64,000 nucleotides of DNA from Felis catus (lineage: Eukaryota), in contig NC_058373.1 in assembly GCF_018350175.1 (NCBI RefSeq), forward strand, positions 101,744,001 to 101,808,000, read 5' to 3'. Positions within the stretch are counted from its first letter, which is position 1, and every line of letters begins with the position of its first letter. Under the pieces are notes generated by a model that was given only the letters and a program-made list of their open reading frames with translations, was not told where the DNA came from and made no database searches. This document shows, one piece after another, positions 49,854-63,869 of the stretch. A program made the translations under genes and the position numbers.

Positions 49854-50072
49854 GGGGTGCCTGGATGGCTCAGTCGGTTAAGTGTCAGACATCAACTCAG
49901 GTCATGGTCTCGAGGTTCATGACTTTAAGCCCCATGTCGGGCTCTCTGCTGACTGCTGGGAGCCTGGAGCCTGCTTCAGATTCTGTGTCTCCCTCTCTCT
50001 CTGCCCCTCCCCCACTCATGCTCTGTCTCTCTGTCTCTGTCTCTCTCTCAAAAGTAAGTAAACATTGAAAAA
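49854..50072 (+). mobile_element. Can-SINE
   Basis: Full-length. Confidence 0.92.
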
Positions 50073-50159
50073 CAAGTTGAACATACAGCTGTATACAAGG
50101 CATAGCCTCTTCCTTGATTTGAAAGCACAGTCCATTCCTTTGATATTTTAGATATATGT

Positions 50160-50363
50160 TTTTCTTTTTTAAAATTTGTTTATTTTGAGAGAGCATGAGT
50201 GTGAGTGGGGGAGGGGCAGAGAGAGAGGGGGAGAGAATCCCAAGCAGGCTCAGTGCTGTCAGAACAGAGCACAACTGGAGCTCAGTCCCACGAACTGTGA
50301 GATCATGACCTGAGCCCAAATCAAGAGTCAGATGCTTAACCAGCTGAGCCACCCAGGTGCCCC
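50160..50363 (-). mobile_element. Can-SINE
   Basis: Full-length. Confidence 0.92.
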
Positions 50364-50379
50364 TTAATCATAACATATC

Positions 50380-50609
50380 TTTTTTTTTTTTTTAATTTTT
50401 TTTTCAACGGTTATTTATTTTTTTGGGACAGAGAGAGACAGAGCATGAACGGGGGAGGGGCAGAGAGAGAGGGAGACACAGAATCGGAAACAGGCTCCAG
50501 GCTCTGAGCCATCAGCCCAGAGCCTGACGCGGGGCTCGAACTCTCGGACCGCGAGATCGTGACCTGGCTGAAGTCGGGCGCTTAACCGACTGCGCCACCC
50601 AGGCGCCCC
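50380..50609 (-). mobile_element. Young felid Can-SINE (SINEC_Fc-like)
   Basis: TSD ATCATAACATATCTT; CpGs almost all retained. Confidence 0.96.
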
Positions 50610-50689
50610 TATCATAACATATCTTAACATTAGTTTTCAAGTAAGACAGGAATTCCCTTTGGTTGCTCTTTTCCTAGATGTCTGCACGG

Positions 50690-50965
50690 ATCACTTCATG
50701 TACTTCAGGTCCTCATATTCTCCTCAGAGAAGCCTTTTTGACCACGGCTCTCTAAACCCCTTACCCTAATTTATTTTATGCATGATGTTCATCAGTGTAC
50801 AATGTATTACATTATATATGTTTGTCATCTGAACCCCACACTAGAATGTAAAGTCCATGAAAGAAGGGTGTTGTTCATTTTGTTGACTGCTTTCCCCCAG
50901 CATCAGAAAGAGAACATCACATATTGCAGGCATGCAATAAATATTTGTTGGATAAATTATTTCAC
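50690..50965 (+). mobile_element. LINE-2 3' end
   Basis: ctagaatgtaaagtccatga...caataaatatttgttggataaat. Confidence 0.72.
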
Positions 50966-51756
50966 TGAATATTTCCTTACCTGTGGTGTGGTTGGCACTG
51001 TGGGTGGTGATATGTGCTATGAAGAAAAGTAAAGCAGGTTAAGGAGACAGAGAGTTCTTGAAAATGTCTATTTTAAAAGGGCCTGGGTTGTAAAAGGTGG
51101 ATAGACACTGATAAGGCAGGCTTATCTTCCCTTTTCTTCCTCATAAGGGTCTTTGGGTCCTCCCCCCTCCTCTCTAAGTTGTGTCGGGGCCGCTCTGTCC
51201 GTTGTGCTGAGTCTCTCAAAGGAGTAACATTACATTCTTTTCATGCCTCACTCCAAGTTGACCTTCCCACTTGAATGGCATGAAAACCCAAATGTGGTTA
51301 ACTCTTGGATGTTGTGTTTCCTAGACTCCCAGGTAACATGTTTTGCAGTAGCTAACTCCTTCCAAAAGTAGCCAAAGGCTACCTTAGGGGTTGAGAGATA
51401 GTCAAATGTTAATAAGGGCTCACAGATACTTTTTATTATCGTTTTCATTTTCTGTTCATATGATTCTGAACTTAATTTCTTTGACAAGTGCATCTTAGAT
51501 GTATCTCTTTCACTCAGTTGAATAGCTTGTCATTCAAATCTTCTGAGATCTCAATTAGCATCTCTTAAAGGCAGAGGGGTTGCACCCCAGAGAGGATGGA
51601 TGAGGGACTGTTTTTTGGTTATCGCCACGACTGGATTTTAGCACCTGTGGGTAAGATACCCAACATCCTACAATGGAGGAGACAGCCATGCCCATGGAGA
51701 AGTTGTCCTGCCCAGAATGCCAGTGGTACCACCAGCAAGAAATGCTGATTCTATCC

Positions 51757-52260
51757 CAGTGGTTCTCAGCAAGGGTGGTTGTGGCTTCTAGGGGGTACTT
51801 TAGAAATTTGTGGGATGCTGCTGTTTTCACAGCATTACAGGATAGTTTGCTACTGGCATTTAATGGACGAGGCCAGTGATGCTAGAAATCCTGCAAAGCA
51901 TAGGGCAATTGCCCACCCCGGAGAATTGTCCCACATCCCCCTCGACATTCAAATGTCCACCGGGCAACAGAGACGTGAAAAGCCCTGTTGATAATTATCA
52001 GAGCCTACAACCAACTTTGGATGAAAAAGATCTTTTTTGCACAGTTTAAGTAGATGGCAGTGCGTATTCTGTTTTGAGACTTTCCCAAGTATTGCTTCCC
52101 ACGTTGGCACCATCACTTGTGGTTTGTAGTTGGCATATAAGTGCATGTGTAGCTTTGCATAGTGATTGTAGTATAGAGGCAAGGATCTGACCACTTCATT
52201 ACGTCTTTTAGAGACCTCATGCCTGAAAGTGTACGTATTATAATGTATGTTACACCATTA
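51757..52260. mobile_element. hAT-Charlie-like DNA transposon remnant
   Basis: Starts CAGTGGTTCTCA; ctactggcattta...gaggccag...gatgct motif. Confidence 0.55.
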
Positions 52261-53802
52261 TAAATTATTTTTCTTTTATTTCTTTTTTATATCATTTCTA
52301 GGCCATAACATTGATTTCCTAGAATTATATGTAGATTAGGCGATATTACCTGTGATTTTCATTACAAGATTATAAAAGGGGCCTGGAATCTGATGAGGTT
52401 GAAATCCTTCACTCTAACCTAATTTGGCAGCCACATTTCTCACTATTCTGCATGAACCCTGTTTCAGCCAAAGTGATTGCTGTGATTTTCTTTTTCCCTC
52501 ATGTATGCCTTAAACTCAAACTATCCCTCCTCCTCCAAGTTCCTTCTGTCTCCCCCGCTCCAAAAATCCCACTCAGCCATCAGAGCCCCATTTCAGGCTG
52601 CCTTATGAGGTCATCATTCCTGAACCACTACAGCTCTGTGATTTCTTTTTTTTTTTTCAACTACTGTAGCACTTGTAAGAGCTCCTCATTCAACACATGT
52701 CTTTTTATGGTGAAGTTATCTCCTCAAATAGCTTATAAGCTCCTTTCAGATGGTCAACTTGATTTGGTCTTTTGATCCCATGCGGTGTCTGAGAACGCAT
52801 CAGGTGTAGGCAGCTCATTCTCCTGAGCTATGCTCTCTTGTTTTCTTTCCTTTCCCAAGTACGAATTCTTCCCTGTCATTTTGCTGGTTACAGAAGTAAA
52901 ACACATTCACTGTTAAGGCATTTTTAACCATGGAAAAATAAAAGATGAAAATAATTATTGATCTGCTATCCAGAGCCTCTCATTGCTATTATTTTAGAGC
53001 ATTTCCTTCTAGGCTGTCTTCTCTGTGTACATGTATGTTTTTTACAAAATTAGAATTATGTACTTTCTATAGTTTGTATTTTGCTCTCCCCACCCATTGA
53101 GCTTAATGTTGTATCATGAGCATTCTCCTATGTCACTAAATGGTTTTAGAAAACATTTCTCTAAAACACGTTTTATGGAAAATTTAGGCATAGAAAAAGT
53201 AGAAACTATGATAAATGCTTAATTACCCAACATTCAACTTCAGTAATTATCAATAGTATGCCATTCTGAATATGTTGTTTATAATGGATGCATCCCGTTT
53301 CATTGTTTGGACGATACGTAATTTATTTAACCATTTCTCTGTTATTGGAAATTTCGATGATTTCCAGTTTCCTATAATTATAGATGCTTCTATTTTTGCA
53401 CTTCTAGTCGTGATTATTACTCTTGCTGTCTGGAGAAACTAATTAATTTCTTCATGATTAAGTAATTCTGATTATTATTAGTTTTGTATTCTAAGATTTT
53501 TATTGTATTTCATATGTGTGGCTGGCTTCACTATCATTTTTCTTTTCTCCATCCATCAGGTATTTTTTGCATGAGCCAGAACAGGTCTCAAATGAATTAC
53601 AATAACAAGTCTTGTTTCTTTATTCTTCTTTTAGAGACCCCCCCCTCCCCAATTGGCAATGTAAGAGAGGATGGCACTTACTTTCTAGATACCTTAAGAG
53701 GCAAGCACAAGAAGAAAAGAGAAAATGGTTTCAGGAGAAACAGTATCTGGTAAAATATAATCTTTACCCAGTGGATATGTATTTTTTAAACGCTCATTTT
53801 TG

Positions 53803-54030
53803 TGGGGCACCTGGGTGGTGGCTCAGTTGGTTAAGCATCTGACTTTGGCTCAGGTCATGATCTCACAGCCCGTGAGTTCCAGCCCCGCATCAGGCTTTGT
53901 GCTGACAGCTTAGAGCCTGGAACCTGCTTTGAATTCTGTCTCCCTCTCTGTCTCCCCTCCCCCACCCCCCACCCCCCCGCCACTTGCACACTCTCTTTAT
54001 CTCTCTCAAGTATAAACATTAAACAAAATT
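53803..54030 (+). mobile_element. Can-SINE
   Basis: Full-length. Confidence 0.92.
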
Positions 54031-54217
54031 TAATGCTTAATTTTGCTTAATTTTGATTGAAAAATTGTCCCCTCTTAAAGGATGAAATGGTGACTGTCTA
54101 AAGTGCACCTGAACCAATATTTACAAGTGTATTTCTCCAGCTGATAGAAGTGTATTTTAACAAGTATATTTGATATTTTAAAAACACAGCATCTTTAAAT
54201 GAAGAGTGCATTGTATT

Positions 54218-54286
54218 ATTTTTTCTTTTTTTTTTTTAAAGTTTATTTATTTTGAGAGAGAGTATGCGAAGGGGAGGGGCAGAGAG

Positions 54287-54321
<35 letters not shown>

Positions 54322-54445
54322 CTAAGCAGACTCCGCACCATCAGCACAGAGCCTGGGATGGGGTTTGAACTCACAAGCCATGAGATCATACCTGAGCTGA
54401 AATCAAAAATTGGACACTTCACTGACTAAGCCACCCAGGCGCCCC
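54218..54445 (-). mobile_element. Can-SINE
   Basis: Full-length with expanded (GA)n. Confidence 0.92.
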
Positions 54446-54674
54446 AAAGAGTCCCTTTTAAAGCGATACTTCCCTTAGATCTGACCCATTGTAGGCCCTG
54501 GTAGGATGAGCAAGTGGAGAATTAGATGGTCCTGGTTCTGATGGGATTTCTTCTGTAGCATCTGCTGAAATTTCTACACCAGGTCATATACACGAAGATG
54601 AGTCATGTGCCTACATACTCTAAGAAAATGTCTTTGTTTCTTCTAATACAGAGTAAAATATGGTCGCTGTAAAA

Positions 54675-54705
<31 letters not shown>

Positions 54706-57700
54706 AGGTTTTCAGAGATTATAACAGAGATGTATAGAAAAGTGAAAGAAAGTGCAAATCTCCCATAACCCACGCCCCTTCCCACTGGATGACCACTGTT
54801 AGCGGTGCTGTATCATTTTGATTTCTCTAGGCCCATATTAGCATATATTATCTGCGTAATACACAGAACAAAAATGTTGCTTTTTAAAATGCTAGTGTAA
54901 TCAGGAATTTTGAAGTCTACAGGTCACATACAGTTTCTCCTGGTTAGAGGTAAAATGGAAGTAGAAATGACAGAACGGGTTATGTATGGAAAACTATAGC
55001 AGAAGAAGAAGCTTAAGAAAAGGAAGGAGTAAGAGCCCAGTAATGAAGACAGTAGAATCTTTGCATGTGAAATCCCACTTTGTGCATTCATTAAAAAAAC
55101 CTACTCTGTGCTATGAACTATGTTCAGTATTAGAAATACCAACCTGTGAAACTTTCCCCTTTCACTCTTTGGTGTTTTGCACATGTTTTCCATCCATCTG
55201 CAATGCCTTCCTCTCTTCTATCTGACAACATCTCTCTCGTCCTTTATGTCCAACCCTAAGGTCACTTCTGATGTCAAGCCTTGTTAGCTTTACAAACTGA
55301 CTCAGCAGATCTTTCCCTGAAGTTCTTCTCACATTTGAACACATCTCCACTAGAGTGTTACTCATTGTGCTGTAAATACACAATAACATAGATGTTGAAT
55401 TCCTTGAGGTCAGGGTCCTCATATGTTCGTGACTTCAGAGTCCACATGAATACATAGTTGGTGCTAAATATCAGTGGATCAAGAGATAGAGCATATATTG
55501 AATAAATGATTAAGTGAACTAAAAACCTGTGTGGACCAAAATCTTTACGTTCCTAACTACAATACAAGGAGTCAATGAACATATTAAGAGGAATAGAGGG
55601 ACAGTGTGATGTCCTTCTTAATAGAGACTTTAAGTGAATGATACTTGGGTATTTAGGTAACTGGATTAAGCAGAACACCTGAAAGTATTTAATGGGGTTA
55701 AATGGGAATAAAAACTTCACTATAACATATCTTAGTGGCATATCTCATTCAATCTTATTTGAAAATTGTTAATCGTCATATGTGGGCATTTTAGGAAGAT
55801 AGAAGGAAAAGATCTTTGCCCCATGAGCCTATATAATTTCCAAATTGTATTTTTTTGGGAGGATACTGTTTTTTGCCTTCCAAGTTAATAGTTTGAGAGT
55901 GGGACTGCTAATCTAAGGATTTTAATAATTCAGAACTATGATTTAGAAACCAGAGTTTGTGTAAGGTTCAAGAAATAATGTCTTTTCAACCTAGAAAAAA
56001 ATAGAGTCAAGGTTGCCTTTCTAGCAGATGTCTTTCCTGTATGGAATTAGACTCACAGGTCTGGAAGAGAGGGATCGTGATCTCATCTGTTGGGTATTAT
56101 AAGTAGACCACGGTATGTGACCTGAGGAGATGGATCGGTCAGGTCCTGACAGGTAAGACATGGCTTCCTTGAAAGGGAAATGGAGGCAATAAAGTGACCA
56201 CTAACACACCTTTAGGTAGGGGTCAGGGAGATCCACAAGCATCCTAGAGTTAACAACAACAGAAAGTCATTACCCTCCAAGCTGTAGTATAGGGCCACTG
56301 ACAGGAGCTGTGGTCATCGGGGAAAGATCATAGTCACTGCCAAAGCAGTCCAAGAGGGCAGGAACCAAGACGATAAGTAGCCCACCTTTCTCTTCCCTCC
56401 ATTTAGTTTCCTGCTGACCATCCCATTGGGTGACCCAAATGGACCCCAGGGAGCAGGGAGCCAAGAGATGTACTCAGAGGAGAGTACACTCCTGGAGCAT
56501 AGAACAAGGTGAAAAGTGGGGCAAATGGAGACTATCTAGCCAGTGGGGAAAATCTTCAAGTTATGAAAAGTGGCCTTCCCTGTCCATGGCATTCATGTGT
56601 TCATTTGCAGAGTTAACTGGTGTGCCTCATTTGTTAGGATTTTTTTGTTTTCAGACTGACCTCTAGATCAGATGTTTTGAAGGGGAGCCCCATGCAGAAG
56701 TGTTTTGTTTGGTTCACACAGCGTTTTCTTTAGAAAGCCAACAAACAACAAACTATATTGCCTTTGGGAGAGTCACATCAAAATTTGAGTTTCATACATC
56801 TTTTGACAAGTGGAAAATTTAGCAGCACCGAACATGCATTCCTACATGGGAACTATCTGCTAAGCATAGTAGCAACTGCCCCTTTAGACAGGTAGGAACT
56901 TTTCATTTTGCCTCAATCCCCATCACTCCCTATTGTGGTCTTAAGCCCACATGGCTTCTGCCTGATCCCTGTAGACATTTGAGTCTGTGACCCCTGGCCG
57001 TAACAAAGCACTTTAGAGAAGGAAGGATAGATAGATAAGTCACACTTAATCTAGAAAGACAGTGACCTCTGTCTTGGAAGATGTACTTCTCTACAAAAGG
57101 AATAAAGAGACAGGAAGATTGATTAATCTTGTCCCTGGAGACACAGTCTGAGTGTTTGTTGGACTCCCTAGGAAGAAAGTTTTGCATAGAGGCATGAAGT
57201 TCAGTTTGATTTTTTAGGTCAGTCTCTGTGTTTACCTTTAAACTTTTAATTCTTTTTCATAGAACAAAGATTGTCGAATGGAATATGTTCCAGCTTATTT
57301 CTTATTTCAGTCCAAGAGCATGCTAGGGAAAAAGAAAGACTGAAATGAGAAAGAAAGAAAAGGAGAGAGAGAGAGAAAGAAAAAGCAGATGACCTGTAAT
57401 CTACTGATACAAACAATATTGTTAGCAACATCCCATTCTTTACAGTTTGGTGCACTTATCCTGATTTCTTTCACATAAGTTCCTAGAAGAAGAATTGCCG
57501 GGGTAATGCACATTTCAATTTTTGATAGACGTTCCCAAATAGTATATGTGTTTTTAAGACCTTTAATTCTTATTGTCAAATCGCCATATATATCTGGAAT
57601 AATAGCCAGTAAGTACTCAAATAAGGTCTTAAAACCCAACATAAAGGCAGTCTGTTAGATATTTATGACAGAAACAGACTACATTTTTACCTACTAGTAC

Positions 57701-57747
57701 TATATATTGTAAATCATTTCAGCACTTAAGTTTTGGAGTTTTTTTAA

Positions 57748-57843
57748 GCCCCTAGTGGCTCAGTAGGCAGAGCATATGACTCTTGATCTCAGGGTTGTGA
57801 GTTCAAGCCCCACACTGGGTATAGAGATTACTAAAAAAAAAAA
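57748..57843 (+). mobile_element. Short tRNA(Lys)-derived carnivore SINE
   Basis: tggctcagt A box, gttcaagcc B box, gtatagagattact plus A tail. Confidence 0.82.
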
Positions 57844-57845
57844 CT

Positions 57846-58067
57846 GGGGCACCTGAGTGGCTCAGTCGGTTAAGTGTCCGACTTCAGCTCAGGTCATGAT
57901 CTCACGGTCCGTGAGTTCAAGCCCTGCGTCGGGCTCTGTGCTGACAGCTCAGAGCCTGGAGCCTGCTTCAGATTCTGTGTCTCTCTCTCTCTCTGCCCCT
58001 CCCCTGCTCGTGCTCTGTCTCTCTCTGTCTCAAAAATAAAGTAAAAACTTAAAAAAAAAAAAAAAAC
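57846..58067 (+). mobile_element. Can-SINE inserted at the tail of the short SINE
   Basis: Full-length. Confidence 0.93.
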
Positions 58068-61000
58068 CTGTAGATAAGATAGAGACCAGCTATTTTGCAT
58101 GGTAAAAATTTTTTTTCTGTGCACTGTGAGAAGATTAAAAAAATACTATATTGCTTAGACTGTATCAAGAGAAATGGGCTCTAATCTCTATGATAAAAAA
58201 TTAAAATTAGAAGAGCTGAGTTTTAATTCTGGCCCAGCTGTTTCCCTGTGTATATTGATCTTGGACTGGTTAGTTGACTTGTCTTAACCTTCTCATCTAC
58301 CCAGTGGGGAAAATACCATAATTGATTCAGAGTGTTATTGTGAGAGCTAAATAACACCATTGATGAAAATATGTTTCATAAACTTCAAAGCAATGTACAC
58401 ATTTCTTGATATCATTAGTAACAGTAGTGGTACTGTTCCTAAGTTTTTTCTGATATATAGTTCCTTCTGGTTATTCCTCATATTATAGATAAATTAGTTG
58501 GATGGACTTCCTCCTGAAACTGTGTGCCTCTTTTTCTTCTTGAAACATTGGATTTCTCTATCTGAAAGAAAAATTTCATGAGAATTTATGGGCTTGTAGT
58601 CTTGGAACTTGGAGAGAAGAGGCACATAGTCCTGCATATTCCCAGGTCATTAATCCTACTTTTAATTCTGCTCCCAACCTCGTACCACATCATTTCCTAA
58701 TGCCCAACTGCAGTGAGTAATAATAACCTTTGGGCAGATCACATTTCAATTTTAAAATCCAGGAAGCGAAGCTGTGCTTTGGTATTTCTCCTTTTTAAAA
58801 TATAGCTAAATGTCCCTTTTCTGTTTTTAAGCAAGTTAGATGCCTGGTTTCTGCCAGACCAAAGGGAAGCCAGGCCCCTCCTGTGTCTATACCACTGTCA
58901 TAAACCCAGACAGTCTGGGCTTATGAGGTGGCTAGTTATGAAATAATGATTCGGCATGAAATACCCCTCACCTGAAATTAAGATCTTTGGAAGATGTTTT
59001 CCGGGGTTTTGTTGTGGTGGTTATTGCTTTTGTTTTTCTTTTTTATATTTGTTCCTATAAGATCTTTATTATGAAGTTCATCCAGTGCTTCAATTGACCT
59101 AGCTGCTTAGAATCCGGAGAGTTGTCAACAGGATATATTTTCTCTCAGAATTTGTTATTCTGCTGGAACCATGCTGCAGTGTTTTTGTGACTGAGTTAGC
59201 CATCAGATAACCCCTGCCCTTAAATTTCTAGACTAAAATTGTTTCTTTCTGTTGTTCAGAACTCTGGATTGGTATCTCTCAAGTAAGTATTTAGCATGTA
59301 CAGGTTATTGAAAGCTTGCTACTGGAAAATAATAAGGGTCTTGCCTGTAGGAGCCATTATGGAAGGTGAGAGCCCCTTTCCTGGTAAGAATTCAAGTCAA
59401 GACCTTTCATTTCCCTAACAGAACATCAGCTGATAGTATGTGTATGATGCACTTGAAATGCTCACCGGCAACCTCAATCCTTTCTTGAGGAAGACCATTT
59501 GCAGAGCAGGTTAGTCATCAGTTGCTGTAGATTCTCGAAGAGCTTCCTTTTTATCATGTTAGCACCAGTCAACAGCTTGCTTAGACTGTGTTCGCCCAGC
59601 CACGCACAGATACACTATGTTAACCAGCCATGCACAGATATGCCTTTACTGAGCTGCATTTCAATATCTGGGCTTTGGCTTCTAACAACAGTCAAAGGAA
59701 GAAATGGCCACTTGGCTTCAGTCGAAATCACCATTCCTTCTTTCTAACTTACTTTATGGAGGGACTATGCCGTAAATTCCTCTTTGAGCTCAGCAGTAGA
59801 AAATGGACGTTCCTTCCGACAAATCCATCTGCTTCCATGTTTACGAAATTGAGAATTCATAACCTATCATGTTTCCTTTTTAGCTTTGTTTTCCTAAGCT
59901 CAGAGCCAAAATTAGTGCTTCGTTACAATAGCTCTCATCTCTACTTCCTGGTAGTTATCTCCTCTTTCTTCCATGTGGATTAGCTCTTCTTTTCTTTATT
60001 TCAGTTATCCTGTACATGTGTTTATTTTAAGCCATTTTAAATCCTTTATGGAAGTAGGTAGAGTTCAGATTATAAATAAAATGGTATCACTTGTATTGTT
60101 GTCACAGTCACACTATTGATTTATGTTTGGTATTAGTCTCCAGCTTCCCTCTGAACTTCTCCTTTATCCTTTTTGATACACTCATATTTGGATGGGGATG
60201 AAAAACCAGAATATGAGCAAAAGAGTAATATGATCCTCAACAGAAACCTGGCAACATTTTTACAGTTTGAAGTTACAAGGCCCACTGAACAAATATTTTG
60301 ATTTTCACGTGAATCAAAGAGTTATCGCTTGTCTTAGATACAGCATAGTGGTTACAGTGTTTGGTTAGTGGATTTTGTTGAGGTTAAATAGTGGACTTCA
60401 TGGCCAAGGTCTCCCCTGCAGTCTTCAGTGTTAGAATTATAAAGCACTTTTCAGTTGAAACCCATATATGGGTTTAGAGTTGCTGTTTTAGGCAGGAACC
60501 AAGGCTGATGAGTTGGATAATAGAGTCTGACCTTTCAGACTCTCTAATGTCACTATCCATAAAAACTAATGTTTGGGCACTGGAGTTGTAAAGCCACCGT
60601 TTGGCTAGAGTGACTTAAAGACTTTAGGATAAGATGATGGTTCTAGGTCATTGGGTAAAAAAGAAAACTCCAAAGGCATCTGGCAATAATGGCGGAGAGA
60701 ATATCGAGCAAAACCTATATAGAAACAAAGGAGAAAGCAAAAGAGAGACAGCAGAATCCTGAGATCCAGGTAGTATCACAGACTTCTTGTCTTCTCTCAC
60801 TGAGTCTTAGCTGGGCCCAGGGAGGGCCTGTGATTTAGAAGGGTGTGTGGGACAGCTGGTCATAGCTTAGGTCACCATGGAATTAGTGTCTTCTTTACTT
60901 GGAATGTCTTCCCAGGTCTGGACCATTCCTTTAGAGTAAAGTGAAAAATCATTGTTCAAAGAGCACATCAATGTGCTGCTGCTTTATTTTAAACTCCAAG

Positions 61001-61374
61001 TAATGTATTTATTTGCCTATTGCTAGAACACTGCCATTTTTAAAACAAAACAAAACAAAACAAAACAGAATGGCACAGACAGTGGCTTTCAGGGGTGAAG
61101 ATACTTCCCTTTGTGTCTGTTCTAGTCAAGTCTCTTCCGCTTGCATGGAACAGAAACCATCGTGAGCTAGCTTAAGGAAACGGGCTTAGTGCAAAACAAA
61201 TATATACGTATGTTCTCAGAGGAGTGATGTGCGACTTCCTTGGTCAAGAACCTTCCCAACCTCAGGGTTGCAAGAACTGGGATATTTTGGGGACTCAAGA
61301 TGGCTACTTTCTTGCTTTCTCTTTTACTTCATTGTGTTTGTCAGGCTAAATGTCTAGGTCCTTTTTACTTCGAG

Positions 61375-61515
61375 TGCAGACTGGGGATCGGCAGCATGGA
61401 CATCACCTGCAATCTTGTAGAAATGCGGAACCTCACGCCCCGCCCCAAATCCAAATTGGCATTTTAACAAGACCTGCTGGTGATTCGTTTGCACAGTAGG
61501 ATTTGAGGAATACTG
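61375..61515. mobile_element. MER5A-like DNA transposon
   Basis: gcagcatggacatcacctg...cttgtagaaatgc...cattttaacaag...gtgattc. Confidence 0.72.
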
Positions 61516-63623
61516 GTGTAGGTGTCCCTGGCTACTTATAGGGTTTTTCCCTTTAATCAGGTGCCCTCTCCAGTATCCTCATCCTGGATGAGGGAGTGGG
61601 TGGGCCTTGTGACAAGCAAGAACGTGGCTGGGGCTGTGGGAAGGAGAGACCAGACTGGCTCATCTCATTCAGCGCCTAAGACTTTTGGGCTTTCCTTTAA
61701 TTTGTAGCACCTGTCACGACCATGGTGGTTCCCAGTTGCCGAGACCAAGCTGATAGAGAAATCTAGCGTTTTATTTAAAAGTAAATAAAATGAGTTGTAG
61801 TGCTGTGACTGCTTTAAAACGTCATTGTCTTATTTATATCTCACTTTTCATTGGCTCAAAGATAGTTAAACGTGAAAACAGTGTAGAATAGGTATAATTT
61901 AGGCGGTTGTATGAATATGAGTTTTTAACTGTGACATAAATGTACTCTGATGATTGAACAATAGCTATCTCTTGCTTCCAGCTAGCAGACACTGATCAGT
62001 GCTAGTGTTTACAAAGCTTGTGGTGCCCAGCTCCGTCTGGAGTCCAGCGTGCATAACTCTGGCTCCCATCATGCCCGTTAGCCTGTGAAATTGATTTTTT
62101 TAAATGGTTATACAGGTCTTTGGCCTATAGCCAACTGTATGACTGAGCAAGTGAGTCCCATTTTCAGGACTGTTCTGTGAGTAAGTTAGATCCTTCAAGG
62201 ACTCATGTGTGTGGATCACTTATTCCCAGGGGCACATACGGCTCTTTTCCAATCTGGTACATTTCACGTCCTAGAAAACATTTTCTAAAAAAGGGGAACT
62301 TTTCTATCTCCATTAGTTTATTTTAAAGAATGTTTTTGGGTTTTTTTTTGAAATTTATTTTCTTTTTTATTAAGACAATTTTTTTAGAGCAATTGAAGCT
62401 TTACAGGAAAATTGAGTGGAAGGTACAAAGATTTCCCATATATCCTCTGCCCTCACACACTATTATCTTATTTGAATGCTTCATTCCCTTGGCTTGCCCT
62501 TGCTGACCATAATTGTTTAAGGCATGATTAGCTGTTTGCTCCTTGCTTGGCTGGTGTTTTAAGGTGCTGATTTCTTCCCTCTCAGTAACCGTTTCAGTAA
62601 AAATGGTGGATTTTCATATTGCCTTTTAAATGGAATAGGTCTCTGTAAGTCACATTGTACGTTTCTCTCTGAATTTAATGAAGACACAAATTAAATCTGT
62701 ATCTTTATTGAAGCAATTCAGGTGATGAGAAAGAGGCTCTTGAATCAAGAAAGAAAGGAAGTACCAGGGATGATGTCAGATACAGAGAGACTTAGGGCAT
62801 TTTTCTGATATACAAAATGAGCTTCAGTGCTAAGAAAACTGCCAGCTCTGAATAAGGAGTTGATGGTGTGTCCATGCAAGATGGACTTATTTTTAATTTT
62901 TTTTTTCTGGGACGTAGTTGGAAACCCATTAGATTAGATGGTCTTTAATCTTTTGTAGTCTGAAATTTTATGAACTCTCAAACGTTGTTTATAAATCCGA
63001 AATGGAGAGAAAAAGGGTTCCCTGCCTTAAATTTATATTCTGTCTAATATTCACTTTAAAGTTTGAATGCCCATTGCACTCTGATCTTTTTTTAAATTAT
63101 GAAATCTATCACACGTACAAAAGAGTATATCACATTTAGGTACCGTTAAAGGTTAATATGAGGAACGCCCCTGTGCCTACCACCCAGACGAAGAAATAGA
63201 AGGTTACCAGTGTCTTTGAAGTCGTCTCTGTTAATGTGCTTTTCTAGACTGCTTTCATGTGCCTGCAGTGTTTTATTTGTGAGCACTGGTGTCAGTGAAT
63301 ACCAAGCAAGAGAGGCCGTTTCACCTCATGCCCAAATGTTTTTCATGTTTCCATTCTGTCTGATACTGGACTTGAACACAGTTAAATTCTGCCTCTTAGA
63401 AACTGATCTTTAACAACCTAATTATCCTGCTTAAAAATAATAGCATCATTCATGATTTTAATTTTCCTGTTCATGTGGCAGTTATAGCAGTGGTGGCATT
63501 CTGCACACAGGAGGAGTATCCATCAGCTTGAGTTCCTGCTGTAGAGAAGGCAAGGTTCCTGGAAGCTGAAAATCCATCCAGGCCCTGGAGAAAGCATAGG
63601 TAGTGGAAACTATCTTCAAACTA

Positions 63624-63647
63624 TTTTTTTAATGTTTACTTATTTAT

Positions 63648-63682
<35 letters not shown>

Positions 63683-63846
63683 ACACAAGCAAGGAGGGGG
63701 CAGAGGGAGAGGGAGAGAGAGAATCCCAAGCAGGCTCCACACTCAGTGAGGAGCCTGACACGGGGTCCATCCAATAACCGTGAGATCATGACCTGAGCTG
63801 AAATCAAGAGCCAGATGCTCAACCGACTGAGCCACCCAGGTGCCCC
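63624..63846 (-). mobile_element. Can-SINE
   Basis: TSD AGT(G/A)GAAACTATCTT. Confidence 0.92.
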
Positions 63847-63869
63847 AGTAGAAACTATCTTTATCTATT

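Noticed and set aside
57748..57843. tRNA-Lys-like sequence (another at 18482-18575)
   Set aside because: A-tailed SINE head with a degenerate cloverleaf, not a tRNA gene
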